The notes beneath the pieces were generated by a model, which saw nothing but the letters and a program-made list of their open reading frames with translations, ran no database searches and was not told where the DNA came from. Source: Nageia nagi (lineage: Eukaryota; Plantae; Pinophyta). Taken from it: 64,000 bases of DNA. This document shows positions 13,596 to 26,135 of this stretch, in pieces (the stretch's first letter is position 1; each line of letters opens with the position of its first letter). Location of the stretch: positions 168,206,001-168,270,000 of the forward strand of contig JBITNC010000001.1 of NCBI GenBank assembly GCA_050084985.1, read 5' to 3'. The position numbers and the translations under genes are program-made.

Positions 13596-13732
13596 AAGTA
13601 TGTGTTCCCATACCTTGGTCAGTAAGAATGAAGATTGCACTTGGAGCCGCTAAAGGGCTTGCTTTTCTTCATGGATTGGAAAGACAAGTCATCTATCGTG
13701 ATTTTAAGACATCCAATATTTTATTGGACTCG
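13596..13732 (+). CDS. PBL17: RLCK-VII/PBL kinase exon 4 ([19 protein letters not shown]...[14 protein letters not shown])
   Basis: cttacag acceptor, catalytic loop RDFKTSN, TCG|GTTAGT donor. Confidence 0.95.
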
Positions 13733-13934
13733 GTTAGTGCCTTATGAAACCCAATGCTGAGCTACATTTTTTGCTGGTGCAACATATGTCCTTCCAATAG
13801 TTGGGGTCAAGGATTTTGGAGAAGCTAATCTGATTGTTTTACAAATGTTTACATATTTAGCAACGATTTTAATATGTAGCCTACTTGGATTATACCAGCG
13901 AAGTTTCTCTCTTATACAATTTGTTTTCATGTAG

Positions 13935-14058
13935 GATTACACTGCAAAACTTTCTGATTTTGGACTCGCAAAAGATGGTCCAGAGGGAGATCAGACTCAT
14001 GTTTCCACTCGAGTGATGGGTACATATGGTTATGCAGCTCCTGAGTATGTAATGACTG
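13935..14058 (+). CDS. PBL17: RLCK-VII/PBL kinase exon 5 ([41 protein letters not shown])
   Basis: tgtag acceptor, DFG motif and activation loop, G|GTAAGC donor. Confidence 0.95.
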
Positions 14059-14260
14059 GTAAGCTCTAGAGTTCTCATGTTCAAGCTTTTATAGAAAAAA
14101 TGCCTGAAATTTCATCAGTTTCTAAAAGTAAAAGCTATTACCTTATGATCTAGAATGAAGAAACTAATTACAGCATTCGGTATTTTATAAGTTTATATTT
14201 AAAAGATTTTTATACTTTTTATTAATAATAGACATATAACAAGTTTTTTGTTTTTTACAG

Positions 14261-14745
14261 GTCATTTAACAGCAAGAAGTGATGTCTATGGCTTTGGTGT
14301 TGTTTTACTGGAGTTACTTCTGGGTAGACCATCTATGGATAAGACCAGGCCTAGCAGAGAATATAACTTGGTTGAGTGGGCTCGACCACTTCTGAACAAT
14401 AACAAGAAGCTGCTTCGGATTATCGATCCAAGGTTGGAAGGACAGTATGCTGTAAAGGGTGCTCAGAAAGCTGCTAACTTGGCATATCAATGTCTCAGTC
14501 AAAATCCCAAGGGTAGGCCTGCAATGAGTTCTGTTGTTGAGCAATTGGAATCCTTGCAAGACACAGACACATCTTTTACGTATACTGTCAGTAGTGGGGT
14601 GACTATCTACGAGGTTCAAAATCAGCCAGCGATAGACAGTAGCAGAGCCAATGGTTCTTGTAGCAATGGAAAACCATCCTCTCAGAAAGATATTTCTGAA
14701 AGGTCTCCCAATGTTGATTGTGATTTGTACAGTCAATCTCCGTAA
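14261..14745 (+). CDS. PBL17: RLCK-VII/PBL kinase exon 6 ([18 protein letters not shown]... to stop); full CDS 1254 nt = 417 aa
   Basis: ttttacag acceptor. ARSDVYGFG and LSQNPKGRP motifs resemble the PBL17 group. All six exon phases are compatible. The gene symbol is by recognition, not by phylogeny. Confidence 0.93.
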
Positions 14746-17703
14746 CATCATGGTTAAGTGTAAAATTTTGATCTTGGAGATTTGAAAGGTTTTGTTGCTA
14801 TTGCTAGCTTGATGTAAATTAGTGTTTGCATCTTCATGAAGCATTGAAGATGCTTTCCACCATTTTGAAAAGATAACAGAAGGGGACCAATGATGGCTCA
14901 TTTAATTGCTCACTTTTGTTCGACGTATTGAAGAAACCATGTTTCTAGGCTAGACTAGTCGTCTAATTGTCGTGCTTGTTTGCTAGGAATTTCAAGTGGC
15001 ATTTCAAGCTAGTGGTTAAGATCACAAATGTAATATTTTTGTTGGCAATTGTGTTGTAGATTATTTGATCATAAGATTCCCTCACGACAAGGTTACCAGG
15101 ATATGTTCTGATTCTGCAAATATTTACGGTTTTATACAAGTCTGGTATTTTGCTAAAAATATCAAGCTATCAATTCTGCAGAGAAGAGTCATCCAGATGT
15201 AAGGCTTTCTATAATTGTTTAAAATCTTTGAACAGATGCTCCACAACTTGTAAATGCCCTTGAAATTGATCTTGTATATTTCAAGTGACAATGATGGCTC
15301 TATCACAATCAATTTATGTCTCCCTGTTGGTCAAGAATACAAAGAATTATCTGAAATTAATTTAGAACCCCATTTGCTCTGTATGCTCCACCATATTTTT
15401 CCATTATAGTTTTATCAGACTAATTTTGTAGCACTTTCTACATATAATATTTGCTATATGAATTTGAAGTGCATCGATTTGTAGTTAATATGTTCCTTAC
15501 ATACAAAACAATGTTACCACAAATTCTAAGCCTTTAAGAATTTCCATTTCAGTTTTTGGCAAACCATGTAGACTGTACAGAATTTTCCACAGGCTTCAAA
15601 AATTAAAAGTTCATAAGTCGTTTTATTTTTATTTGATGCGTTACTTTCTATTCTACAAACAACCTTTGTTTTCAAGGTTGAGCAATTCAACATTTCAGAG
15701 TTTGGCCATAAAGATTGTTTACAGAACTCACACAGACTTTAATGATTAACTATCATGAGTCTCTTAGCACAGTTTCCCACATGCTTTACAATTAACCTTT
15801 CTTTTTAAGGTTGAGCAACTCTAGCAATACAGGGTATGCGTGAAAGGAAGCTAATAATGCCCTGATCCGATTGTTCTTTGGTGGGATCTAAATATTTTAG
15901 AATCTTGGAAGTAACTTCAAATTTAACATGTATGTCACTATATCTCCATGACGGTGGTGAGAAACTTATTTAATAAAATAGATAAAAATGGGCTACCTTC
16001 TTATGGGATTTATAAGAAATCTAAAATGTTAGTTGTTACTTCCAAGTGTGAGGGAGCATTTAAGGATAACTTAGGAGCGAAAGATATTATATATACAAAA
16101 GAAGGAATAACACAAAAGAAAGAAAATTGCATTATGCATAAAAAGGCATGTATTTGAAGGAAGCGCACATGGAAGTGTGATAAGTCAAGCAAACAAAGAG
16201 TGCTCCCATACAAGGTTGAAGACAGAATTCCACAGAGTTTTGTTTCTCTCCAAATCTGTGGACAAAAGATACCTCAAAACAAACACTTAAACATGTTTGT
16301 TGGTGAGATCAAAGCTTCTTCCTTCAAATTAGGCCGGGAATCACAATAGATTGAATAATCGTTGTAGACTATCCTTCAGTGACTCCACCTGGATTACATT
16401 TTTTATTTTCTTGATCAAAAGAGATACTAAGAATCAAGAAACTGTCAAGAAAAGAAACTTTAGAACATTATTATATATCACAGGAAAGATTTAGCTGATG
16501 TTAAACAAATCCACCTAATAAACCTATAACAAAATTCCTTGACCAATGCCACGAGTGCCATTTTTAAAAAATCAAAATACGTTACCAACCTAGGAGCATA
16601 AAGCTCTAATAAGAGGAACGAGAAGTCCAGATTCTGTTCATCTCTAGGACCGTCACACTAAAGTTGTATGGCCAAGAATTTGTACAAATTTGTGAGATAT
16701 AATGTTACAATAATAGCAAGATGAAACTCAATGACACTGAATTGTGTTTTGATGACTGATGCTGGATGCTTTGAAGGTAGAGGAGAGAACATATTTTAAG
16801 CAAAAGTTATTTGGGCATTGTTAGTTCTCCATAAAGATTTTATCAACAAAAAAAAAAAAAAAAGGTTGTACCAAATTGAGATTGCAATCAAACAGTGTGA
16901 TTTGTGCTAAGGAGGAGAATGTACGGCATTTATTTTTCAAGTGCAAATATGGTAGGATTAATTGGTTCTGGGTTCAAGCAGATAATAAAAATCTTTTTCT
17001 ACATCCATCTTCCATCATGGAGCCCTTATTGAAAAGTCTTGGATGACATTAAGAAACTACACAAATATTTGGCATCACAATGCTATGGAAGCTTTGCTCT
17101 TCTCATGGAAAATGAGATGTTAAGTTACCTTCACACTGAAGCTACATATTTTAAGTTTTTTGGTTGAAAATGTATCTTTTGCCCAGATAAGAACAGATGT
17201 AGATACCCTCCAGATTGGTGCCAAAGCTCAGGTGCTTTCCTTGCTCTTATTGCCAGAGATTTTCCATGTTTTTAATTCTTTCAAAATTTGTAACTCTTCA
17301 GAGTTAAATCATGTCAAATGTATTTTCTCAAAAGCTTGAACAAATTGCCATTTTTAAAATGATTTTGATTTAAAGATAATAATATAAATACAAAACAAGC
17401 TACCACATGGGCCAGTTATAGTTTTAAATAACTCACTTGCACAAGTTGCAAAGCATTTTAGTCGAGTCTCTTTAAAATTCTTACTTATATGCTAAAACTT
17501 TCAACCATTACCGTATGTCAAGCTTGCTAAGCAAAAGATGTGGTTTCTAAGAAAGAAACCCCCTCTCTAGTTGAACAGGAAACTTCAACATTTCCAAAGA
17601 TAGAAATTGCAATTGTAAATTTCAGCTGTTGCTCAGAAGAAACTTCTAGCATACTCTGAATGGTCATCCTTACGACTTGGATGTTCCATTTTTTCAGGCT
17701 GCC

Positions 17704-17905
17704 CTATTCTATTTCACATATGGATCTTAAATCTGTTGCCCAAACATTTGCCAATATGGATGCAAGCTGCGTAACAGAACTCCATGTAGAAAGATCAGAG
17801 AAATGCATCGATGATGCTTCCTGCAGTGCAGATAAAATTTCCATCTTTTCAGCCACAGAGAGACCAAGAATGTCCGGACCATTGTTAGAAATCATGTGTG
17901 ACCAC
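17704..17905 (-). CDS. TOR1L2: TORTIFOLIA1-like exon 6 (C-terminal ...MISNNGPDILGLS...EILSALQEASSM...VTQLASILANVW); frame conflict at acceptor
   Basis: Matches the recognisable TOR1/SPR2 C-terminal motif. The best acceptor (ttcttcatggccag|17905) is 1 nt out of phase; see findings. Confidence 0.7.
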
Positions 17906-18022
17906 CTGGCCATGAAGAATAAAGAATAATTATTTTTCTATCCATGGCTTCTGAAATCTCTAACTAATACTAACAAATAATGAAAAGATAGAACACTAGG
18001 AAAAGATCGCCAAACATACGAC

Positions 18023-18889
18023 CTGTTGAAGCCAAGGAATTATAGTGTTCAATAAATTTTGGTGTAGCAGAAGCCCAATGGCAGTTTGAAGAATTCTGAG
18101 GATTGTCCCCCGAGATAAGTTTCCAAGAACAGGTCCAGTCCGCTTCATTAGTTGAATCAACAATAGATCATCATCACAATTTAAAACCTCCTTAAATGCT
18201 GAATCTACGTCGTCAGCACAAAGATAGTCTACAGCACGTGTCCATACACTCCAAAAATGACTATTTTCATAACTTGAACAACTAGACTTTAGGCCTGATA
18301 TTGAATTTCTATCTCCCGTGATCTTTGACTCTCTATCTTCTGTTGTCATATATGTACCAGACAACGAAGTTTCATCTGTAGAAGCCAGCCAACTGCCTCT
18401 TGGCACAGATTCCTTTGCAATTTTTTCTTTATATGTAGTTCTTTCAAATGCTCTAGGCAGCAACTGATCTATTTCAACATTACCTGGCATAGGCCTGCCA
18501 ACTGTGTGTGGAGATGAATCATTATGTCCTCTGTATGACATTTCCCAGGCATATACCAATGGCTTTACCTTCAAACTACTTTTCAAGCATCCACGATTAC
18601 GATGTGTTGAATCACCCTCAGATTGGTTTGATGCTTCTTGCCCTAGCTTATGTATGGATTGAATATTATCAGGTGAGTGAAGCCTTGAAGATGGCAATGC
18701 AGTGTCATTTCTCTTCCAAAACTTGGATTTCAACATTTCAGCATTGAGAGATCTATGATACTTCTTTCCACATTCCATACTTCCTGTTGATTTTATCAAC
18801 TCCTCAGCAATTTCATCCACAATCCTCTCCAGACTATGCACCCTTGTTTCCAAATTAGATATGCTGTCCAATGACCTTCCCATAAATAC
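18023..18889 (-). CDS. TOR1L2: TORTIFOLIA1-like exon 5 (VFMGRSLDSISNLETRVHSLERIVDEI...DDLLLIQLMKRTGPVL...IIPWLQQ)
   Basis: tgttag acceptor, 867-nt open exon, CAG|GTCGTA donor; conserved coiled-coil and C-terminal motifs. Confidence 0.9.
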
Positions 18890-19353
18890 CTAACATTAAA
18901 AAAGTAGCAAAAAAATCAGTATCTACCTTTATCTTTTTAAGTGTTTGAATTCATTAGATATAAATTTCTTTACGTCAACAGTCCAAAAAATGACAATAAA
19001 TTGATATTTATCAATATTATTCCATGGTCAATAGAATAACACCATAACTAGCTATCACTGCAAGGCTTTTAATTGATAGTTTTGAACACTTGACTAGCGT
19101 TTATGCTTGTAAATGGGAACGGTGAAAGTGTACAAATGTCTTGGTCGGCCCAACAAGATCATAACACACATGCATACCACCATAGTTTAGGATAAGGAGA
19201 CGATGAGCAGATGGAGAGACCTTGGATGGAAACATTAAAAGGACATGAGTGAGCAATTGCAATGTAACTATTATTGTAAAAAGATGCATGGTGGGATTAA
19301 CTGCATGAAATACTACCTTAGTGTAGAACCAAAGGTAATGCAGGAGATAAATG

Positions 19354-22300
19354 GGTTGGAATGGCTGCCAAGAGTCCAACTATAAGCAAGCCTCGATTTC
19401 ATCAATATCGGTCCAAACATGACCAAGTAGATTTTTCTGCAATAACTGAACTACAACAGAAAAATGCCAACAATATCGCAACCATAGAATTGATAGCATA
19501 GCTTCAATAGTTGCTGCAGTAAACACTCAAACTGCAGTTACTTCAGAAGAAGACTGAAATTGCAGTTACTGCAGAACGGTTTACAGTTGCTACAGAAGGA
19601 ACTGAAACCGTAGTTGCTGTAGAAGCAATTGAAATTGCAACTGTTGCAGAAGCAATTGAAATTGCAGTTTCTACAGAAGGAACTGAAAGTGCAGTTGCTG
19701 CAGCAGCAATTGAAATTGCAACTGCTGCAGAAGTAATTCAGATTGCAGTTGCTACAGTAGGAATTGAAACTGCAGTTGCTGCAGAAGTAACTTCTATTGC
19801 ATCTAATGTAGAAGTAACAGAAACTGCAGCCGTTACAGAAGTGAATGAAACTGTAGTTATTGCAGAAAAGACTGCAGCTGTTGCAGGAGTGACTGAAACT
19901 GCAGTTATTGCAGAAAAGACTGCAGTTGCTGCAGAAGCAACTATAACAACAGTTACTGTAGAACATTAGTAAGAGAAATGATAGCAGATCAGTATTGTAA
20001 CCAGTTGAAGGGCAGTTGGGCTAGTGTAGATGAGCTGAAGTTGAGCTTTAGTTGCTTGGAGTTGCAACTGAGAAATTGCTCAAAAGAAATTGAACTGTAA
20101 CATAAAAACAATTTGTATTTTGCAATAGAAAAGATTTTTCTTAACTGTGTGCATCCATCAATTATGATATTGTTGATCAATATTATAAAGTATGATTGAT
20201 TTTTTTGTGTGGCTGAAATTAGTTCACAACATCTCTTACTGTGCTGCAAAGTGTATGGTTGCTGAATTTACCCTTTTCACCTTCTTTGTGGAGTTGATCT
20301 TGTGGGTTCATAAGCCAAAATCCAACAGTGTTATCAGTCTTCTGCAGGTCTTGTAGCTCTGTGCATCAAGAAAGTAGATGGCAGGAGCTACCGCCACTGC
20401 TAGTACAAGCAACCATTCATTCCATAAAAAGTATGAATACTGGGCATCAAAATGAAGGCTCTCTTGATAAACAAAGGGTTATGAAAATGTGTTGAAATTG
20501 AGTTTGCCCAACAACTGCATCATTCATTTTCCAGAAAAGAATGAATACTGGGCCATCAAAATGACGGCTCTCTTGATGGACAAAGGGTTATGAAAATGTG
20601 TTAAATTTATCAAATGCCCAAAAGCTGCATCAGCAACCAATGTGAAAGACAATGAGTTGTTGGCTCAAAAAATTCAATAGCTTTATGTAAATTCACACAG
20701 CAGTAGATGAATGCATATTACCAAGTATTGCAGCAGCTATAAATGCTCACACAGGTTGGCATATCCTTCAATCACGATATGAAGGTGATGAAAAGATAAA
20801 AAGCATCAGTTTTCTAACAACCATGCATAGAGAGCTTTCAAACCTTTGGAGCTGATTTATTTAGATATATGTGCCCCTATGCAAAATGCATCTCTAGGTA
20901 ACTCGTACCATTTTATTACTTTCATGATGGTTTCACAAGAAAATGTTGGAGTTACTTCTTAAAGAATATGGATGAAGCTTATTACAAATTCAAAGCTTTG
21001 GCTGAGAAGAAAAGTGGACACAAGATTTTAAAGCTAAGGATAATAGACGAGATGAGTTTTTCTCAAATAAATTTGCTGATTTTTCAAACAAGAAGAGATC
21101 AAAAGAAAACTAACAAACTCCTATACACCTCAACAAAATGGCATGGCTGAAAGAAAGTATAGGACAATCATGAATATGGCAAGAAGTATGTTGCACATTA
21201 AGAATTTTATCTTATTGTTAGTGGGGTGATACAAGTGACACTGCTGTATATATCCTCAGTAGAAGTCCCTCTAGGTCCTTGGAAGATAAGACACCCTATG
21301 AGGTGTGGTTTGATAAGAAGCCAGAAGTAGATCATCTTAGAGCTTTTGGCTGTTTATGTTATGTTCATGTGGCTAATAAAATCAGAAAAAAAACTTGAGT
21401 ACAAGTCTGGACCTTGTGTATTTATAGAATATTCAGCTGAAAGAAAGGCCTTCTATAGGTGCTAAAATCCCAAGATTAGGAAAATACTAATCACTAGGGA
21501 TGTCATCTTTGATGAGCAAGCCACTTATGGGAAGCCAATACTTCAGCCAAAAGTCATAGATTCTGAAGAAAAATTAGAGGGAATTAGCAAACAACTTGAA
21601 TTCTTGTTACCTCCCTCACCTAGCCAATCAATTTTTAGTTCTACTAATAAGGTTTTTGATGTAGATAGAGATGATGAACATGCGAAGCAAAGAAAGAAGT
21701 ACCATCACAATCTAAGTGAAAAATACATGGGAAAAGTGTGAAGGACCAGCTTTTACCCGAGTTCATTGATCCTAATTTGGGAAGAAGGGTGGGCAAGGAG
21801 CCAAGCACTAGAGTTTGATCAACAATTGGCAATACCAAAATGCACACAACTTTTTAGTGATATGAATAGACGAATTGGAGAGATGGCTTATTATGTCTTC
21901 ATGGTCTATGAGGATGAGATAAAGCCCACAAGTTTTGAAGGACCTTCAAAAATTTGAAATGGATGAAGGCTATGGAGGATGAATCAGACTCCATAAAGAG
22001 GAATGATACTTAGGCATTGTGCAAACTTGCAAAAGGAAATAAAAACCATAAAAACGGTTTTAGCTCTTGCAATGCAACAAGGTTGGGAAGTGAAGTAAAT
22101 GGATGTCAAAAGTGCATTCTTGAATGCAATGCTTGAGGAGCAAGTGTATTTGCAATAGCCACCCAATTTCAAAGTCAAAGGCAAGAAGGAGCATGTCAAC
22201 CAGCTGAAGAAGGTCCTATATGGACTCAAGCAATCACCTACAGCTTTGTACTCTAGGATTCATGGCTACTTGCACTCTCTTCATCTCACACGGAGTGTGA

Positions 22301-23978
22301 TTAAGCCCACTCTTTATTTCAGGTTTGATGATAATTGTATTTTACTCGTTTGTCTCTATGTTGATTATTTGATCTACACTGCTGGCAATCTGCATCTCAA
22401 TATTGTTTTCAAAAGGTTGATGAAAAAAAAATTTGAGATGACTGATTTAGAAAAGATGAGTTATTTCCTTCGCATGGAAGTAGCTCAAGAGGCTAAAAGA
22501 TCTTTGTGTGCCAAACAAAGGATGCAAACAAGATGCTAACAAGTATGGATAGACAATTGCAAGGAGGTGATCACACAAATTGCAAAAGGTAAGTCTTGTG
22601 CAAGAATAATGGAAATTTGAAGATCCATCCAACCAAATTCAGAAGCATGATTAGTAGCATCATGTTCCTCTTTGTTGCTAGGCCTGATATTGCTTATGTT
22701 ATATCATTTTCCTAAAGCTTTTTGTAACAAACCTGTTGAAACATATTTGATTGCTGCAAAAAGAATTTTGAGATATGTTACGGACACCACACATTTTGGG
22801 CTATCTTGTTGGTGAAGAGGTAAAACTTGTTGGATTTTCAAATGCTGATTAGGGAGGACCTTTGGAAGATATGGGTTCTACTTCAGGTTACAGTTTTCAT
22901 ATTGGATCAGGTCCAATATCATGGAGCTCCAAGAAACAATATTTTATAGCTTAATCATAAACTAAAGCTGAATATGTGGATCTGCTTCAGCAGCAAGTAA
23001 AGAACGAGGAAGCTCTTTTCCTTAGGAGGATGTTGGGAAAACTTGGGTGCCATCAGGATGCCCCAACTGCTTTGTATGTTGATAATCAAAGTTCCATATA
23101 ATTGACCAAAGATCATGTCTTTTGCAGGAGGTCTAAAAACATTGAGCTTAAACATCACTTCATTAGAGACATGGTACAAAGGAAAGAAGTTGTAGTGTTC
23201 TACTGTTCTGCTAATGATCAGATTATTGATATCTTTACCAAAGTGTTGTCAACAAAACAATTTGAGAAGGTCAGAAATCAAATTTTTGAACCACTTGGCA
23301 ACAAGAGGAAGTGTTGAAAAGTGTTGCCAAGTGTTCAACTACAAGCAAGCTTTGACTTCACCGATATCAGTCCAAACTTGTTCAAGCAGATTTTCTGCAG
23401 TAATTTGGATACGTAAGAGAAAAGCCAAAAACAGCCCAACCATATAATTTATATCATAATTTTGGTAGTTACTGCATAAGAGATTGCAATTGCTGCAAAA
23501 GCAATTGTTAGTAAAACTTCTGCAGAAGTGACTGTTAGTGAAGCTACTACAGAAGGGACAGCAATTACTGCAGAAGAAACTGTAACAACAGTTACTGCAG
23601 AACATCAGTAATAGTTGTAATAGCAAATCAGTATTGTCACCTGTTGGAGGCCACTTAAGATAGTGTAAATGAGTTGAGTTTTTGTTTTAGATAGTTGAAG
23701 TTATAGGTGTGCGAAATTGCTCAAAAACAATGGACTGTAAAACCGCTGTAATTTTTATGTTAAGACAATTTGTATTTTGCAATAGAAAAGATGTTTCTTG
23801 ACTAACTCTATGCATTCATCAACTCTGATATTGTCGATCAATAGTTTGATTGACTTATTTGAGTGGCTGAAGCCAATCCACAACATCTATTGTCCTACAA
23901 AGTGTGTGGTTGCTGAGTTTACCCTTGGCACCTTCTTTTTGGTCTTGGTCTTGTGGGTTTGCAAGCCAAAATCCAACA
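19354..23978 (+). mobile_element. Ty1/Copia LTR retrotransposon, degenerate and internally deleted
   Basis: 5' LTR ~19354-20327 and 3' LTR 23312-23978 both end AAGCCAAAATCCAACA. A degenerate Met PBS follows 20327 and PPT AAGAGGAAG precedes 23312. Domain order is gag (YEYWA.KM), INT (KTPYEVW..KKP..HLRAFGC), RT (MDVKSAFLN, LYVDYLI), RNase H (RSKNIELKHHFIRD). Confidence 0.9.
19530..19968. repeat. 27-bp-period minisatellite (consensus ~GAAACTGCAGTTGCTGCAGAAGCAATT), roughly 16 units, inside the Copia 5' LTR
   Basis: Directly visible periodicity; a shorter array sits at ~23460-23610 in the 3' LTR. Confidence 0.88.
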
Positions 23979-25793
23979 GATTGCTTACCTTGAGGTCTTC
24001 GAGGAGAAGAAGAAACAAAAAACAAGGCAACATTTATGCATGCACTCCACTTATACCTGGCCTTCCTTATAAAAGCATTAGATGTAGGGCCTACTGTGGT
24101 TCTTCTAGAGCTTATTCTAGCTCACTATTTGTTGCTACTCTATTTTTTCTTCCTTGTAACAATCCAAGTAGCCAACCATCACTTGATGCAACAAGCTAGA
24201 ACAAGGAAAAACACACAAATACAAGAAAGGCAATGGAGAACTTTGGTTTATATGCAACATTCCTTTAAATGTTGCCAAGTCAACGTACTATAAAGCTATG
24301 GTGAATGTATACATAGTTTGTGGTGTTGGGTTCAAAGCCCCAACGTATCATGATTGTCGACAACCCCTTCTTTCCAAATGCACTTATCAAGGAGTAGAAG
24401 AAAGTATGGGTGACAAAGGGTTGCATAATCATGTCTGATAGATGGATTGATGGAAAAGATTGGACATTGATCAATTTCTCAGTTGCTTCAACAATAGGCT
24501 TTGTACTTTTGAAGTAAGTAGATGCCTCTAATAAGATAAAAACAAGGCAGGCATTACTCACCTCGTTAGAGGATTTAGTGTTGGAGGTTAGGTCACAAAA
24601 TGCGGTCCAAGTTGTTGTAGAAAACACAACAAGAAGGAAATTTCTTAAAGAAAGATTTCCTATCATTTTTTGACATTTTATGTAGCCCATTGTCTCGACC
24701 TAATACTGGACATTGAAAAAATTAGTTGGGTGAAACCAATGGTGGATAATTCCTAGGTTCTCAATTTTATGAGGTATAAGAATGATGGGAAAAGATTGTT
24801 CGACTTAGCTTCACAGAATTTGCCAATTTGCAATTAATTTCCTCAACTTGTAAAGTCTTTATGCCGAAAAGGCATGGTTAAAGAGGATATTGTTTGAAAG
24901 AAATCGATAAAAAAATATTTCTGTTTCTAAAGAAGCCTTCCTTATTTCAAACATAATTTTTGATGAAACTCTTTGGAAGGCTTCACATGAGATCACCAAA
25001 ATTAGTAATGGTTGATAATTTCAATATTTTGTTTAAATCTTTTTAGAATGTTTTTCATATATTTGGCTATCTAAACTTATTGGTGAAGATCCTTCATATT
25101 GTTGACAATCAAAGACAAATCACCAATGGGTAACTCATATGAAGCCATGGACAAGGCAAAGGAAGGTATGAAAGGTTATCACAAATAAATAAAGGCTAAT
25201 AATTGCTTGTTTTGGGAATTGATTGACACTAGATGGTCAAATCAGCTTCATAAACCCATTCATGCAATGGGCTATTGTTTGAACCCTAAGTATTTTTATG
25301 ATAAAGTATTTGTGAATGATGAGAATGTTCTTAGTGGCCTTTATATTTGCCTCAAGATGATGGCCTATGATGACAATAAGATAGGTGATATACAAAGAAA
25401 GCCATAAATCTAAAGAATGCAAAGGGCTATCTTTTCTTGAGAGTATTTTTGCATTCGGTCTCAAACAACCCTAAATCTGAGTAACATTTATTTTATATAT
25501 TTTTTATTTAAAATTTTCTAAAAGTAATTGATTTTTAAATGAGGATTTTTTTTGTGTATTTTCAGTTATATGATAAGAGTTCTTTGGCACAAAAACACCT
25601 TTCCACTAACAAATAGCAATATTTAATCTATCAACCTTGTGGCTGTTATAGATGTGAATGCAATTCAAGTATGTTTGAGCACATATACTAAACAAAACAT
25701 TAATTAGGCTCATGAATGCTTAAATAACTTGGTATATGTCCACTACAATTTTATACTTTATGATAAACAAATAGATGGAGTTGATGATATGAT

Positions 25794-26135
25794 CATAGAA
25801 TAAAAAAACGGTTTTTTGAAAATACGGCTCGGGGCTAAATACGTAAAAATGGCAAAAAAAGGGTCAAAGTACGGTGAATACGGCAAAAAATCCTGGTTTT
25901 AAAATTCGTGAAAAGGGAAAAAACTGCCAAAAAACGGCAGGTACGGCCAAAAAACGGCAGGTAGAAAAGGATTGTATGTTTTTTTGCATTTTTTTGATGT
26001 TTAAACGCAAAAAACAGCAAATACAGAAAAAACGGCCACGTTTTCAACTTGCTTTCAACGTTTTTTGCACGGTTTTGAGTGTTTTTTGAGGCAAAATACG
26101 GATTTTTAGAAAAAACAGCGTTTTTTTATTCTATG
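25794..26135. mobile_element. 342-bp hAT-type MITE with 17-bp perfect TIRs and 8-bp TSD
   Basis: TIR CATAGAATAAAAAAACG / CGTTTTTTTATTCTATG; TSD GATATGAT at 25786-25793 and 26136-26143; many internal ACGG motifs. Confidence 0.95.

Noticed and set aside
14314-14901. 195-aa antisense ORF over kinase exon 6
   Set aside because: Shadow ORF of a real coding exon with no recognisable motifs.
16847-16863. Poly(A) run in the intergenic gap
   Set aside because: No associated retrocopy or TSD found; treated as a simple homopolymer.
19538-19966. 142-aa Cys-rich ORF resembling a metallothionein or keratin-associated protein
   Set aside because: It is the translation of a 27-bp minisatellite inside an LTR; not called as a gene.
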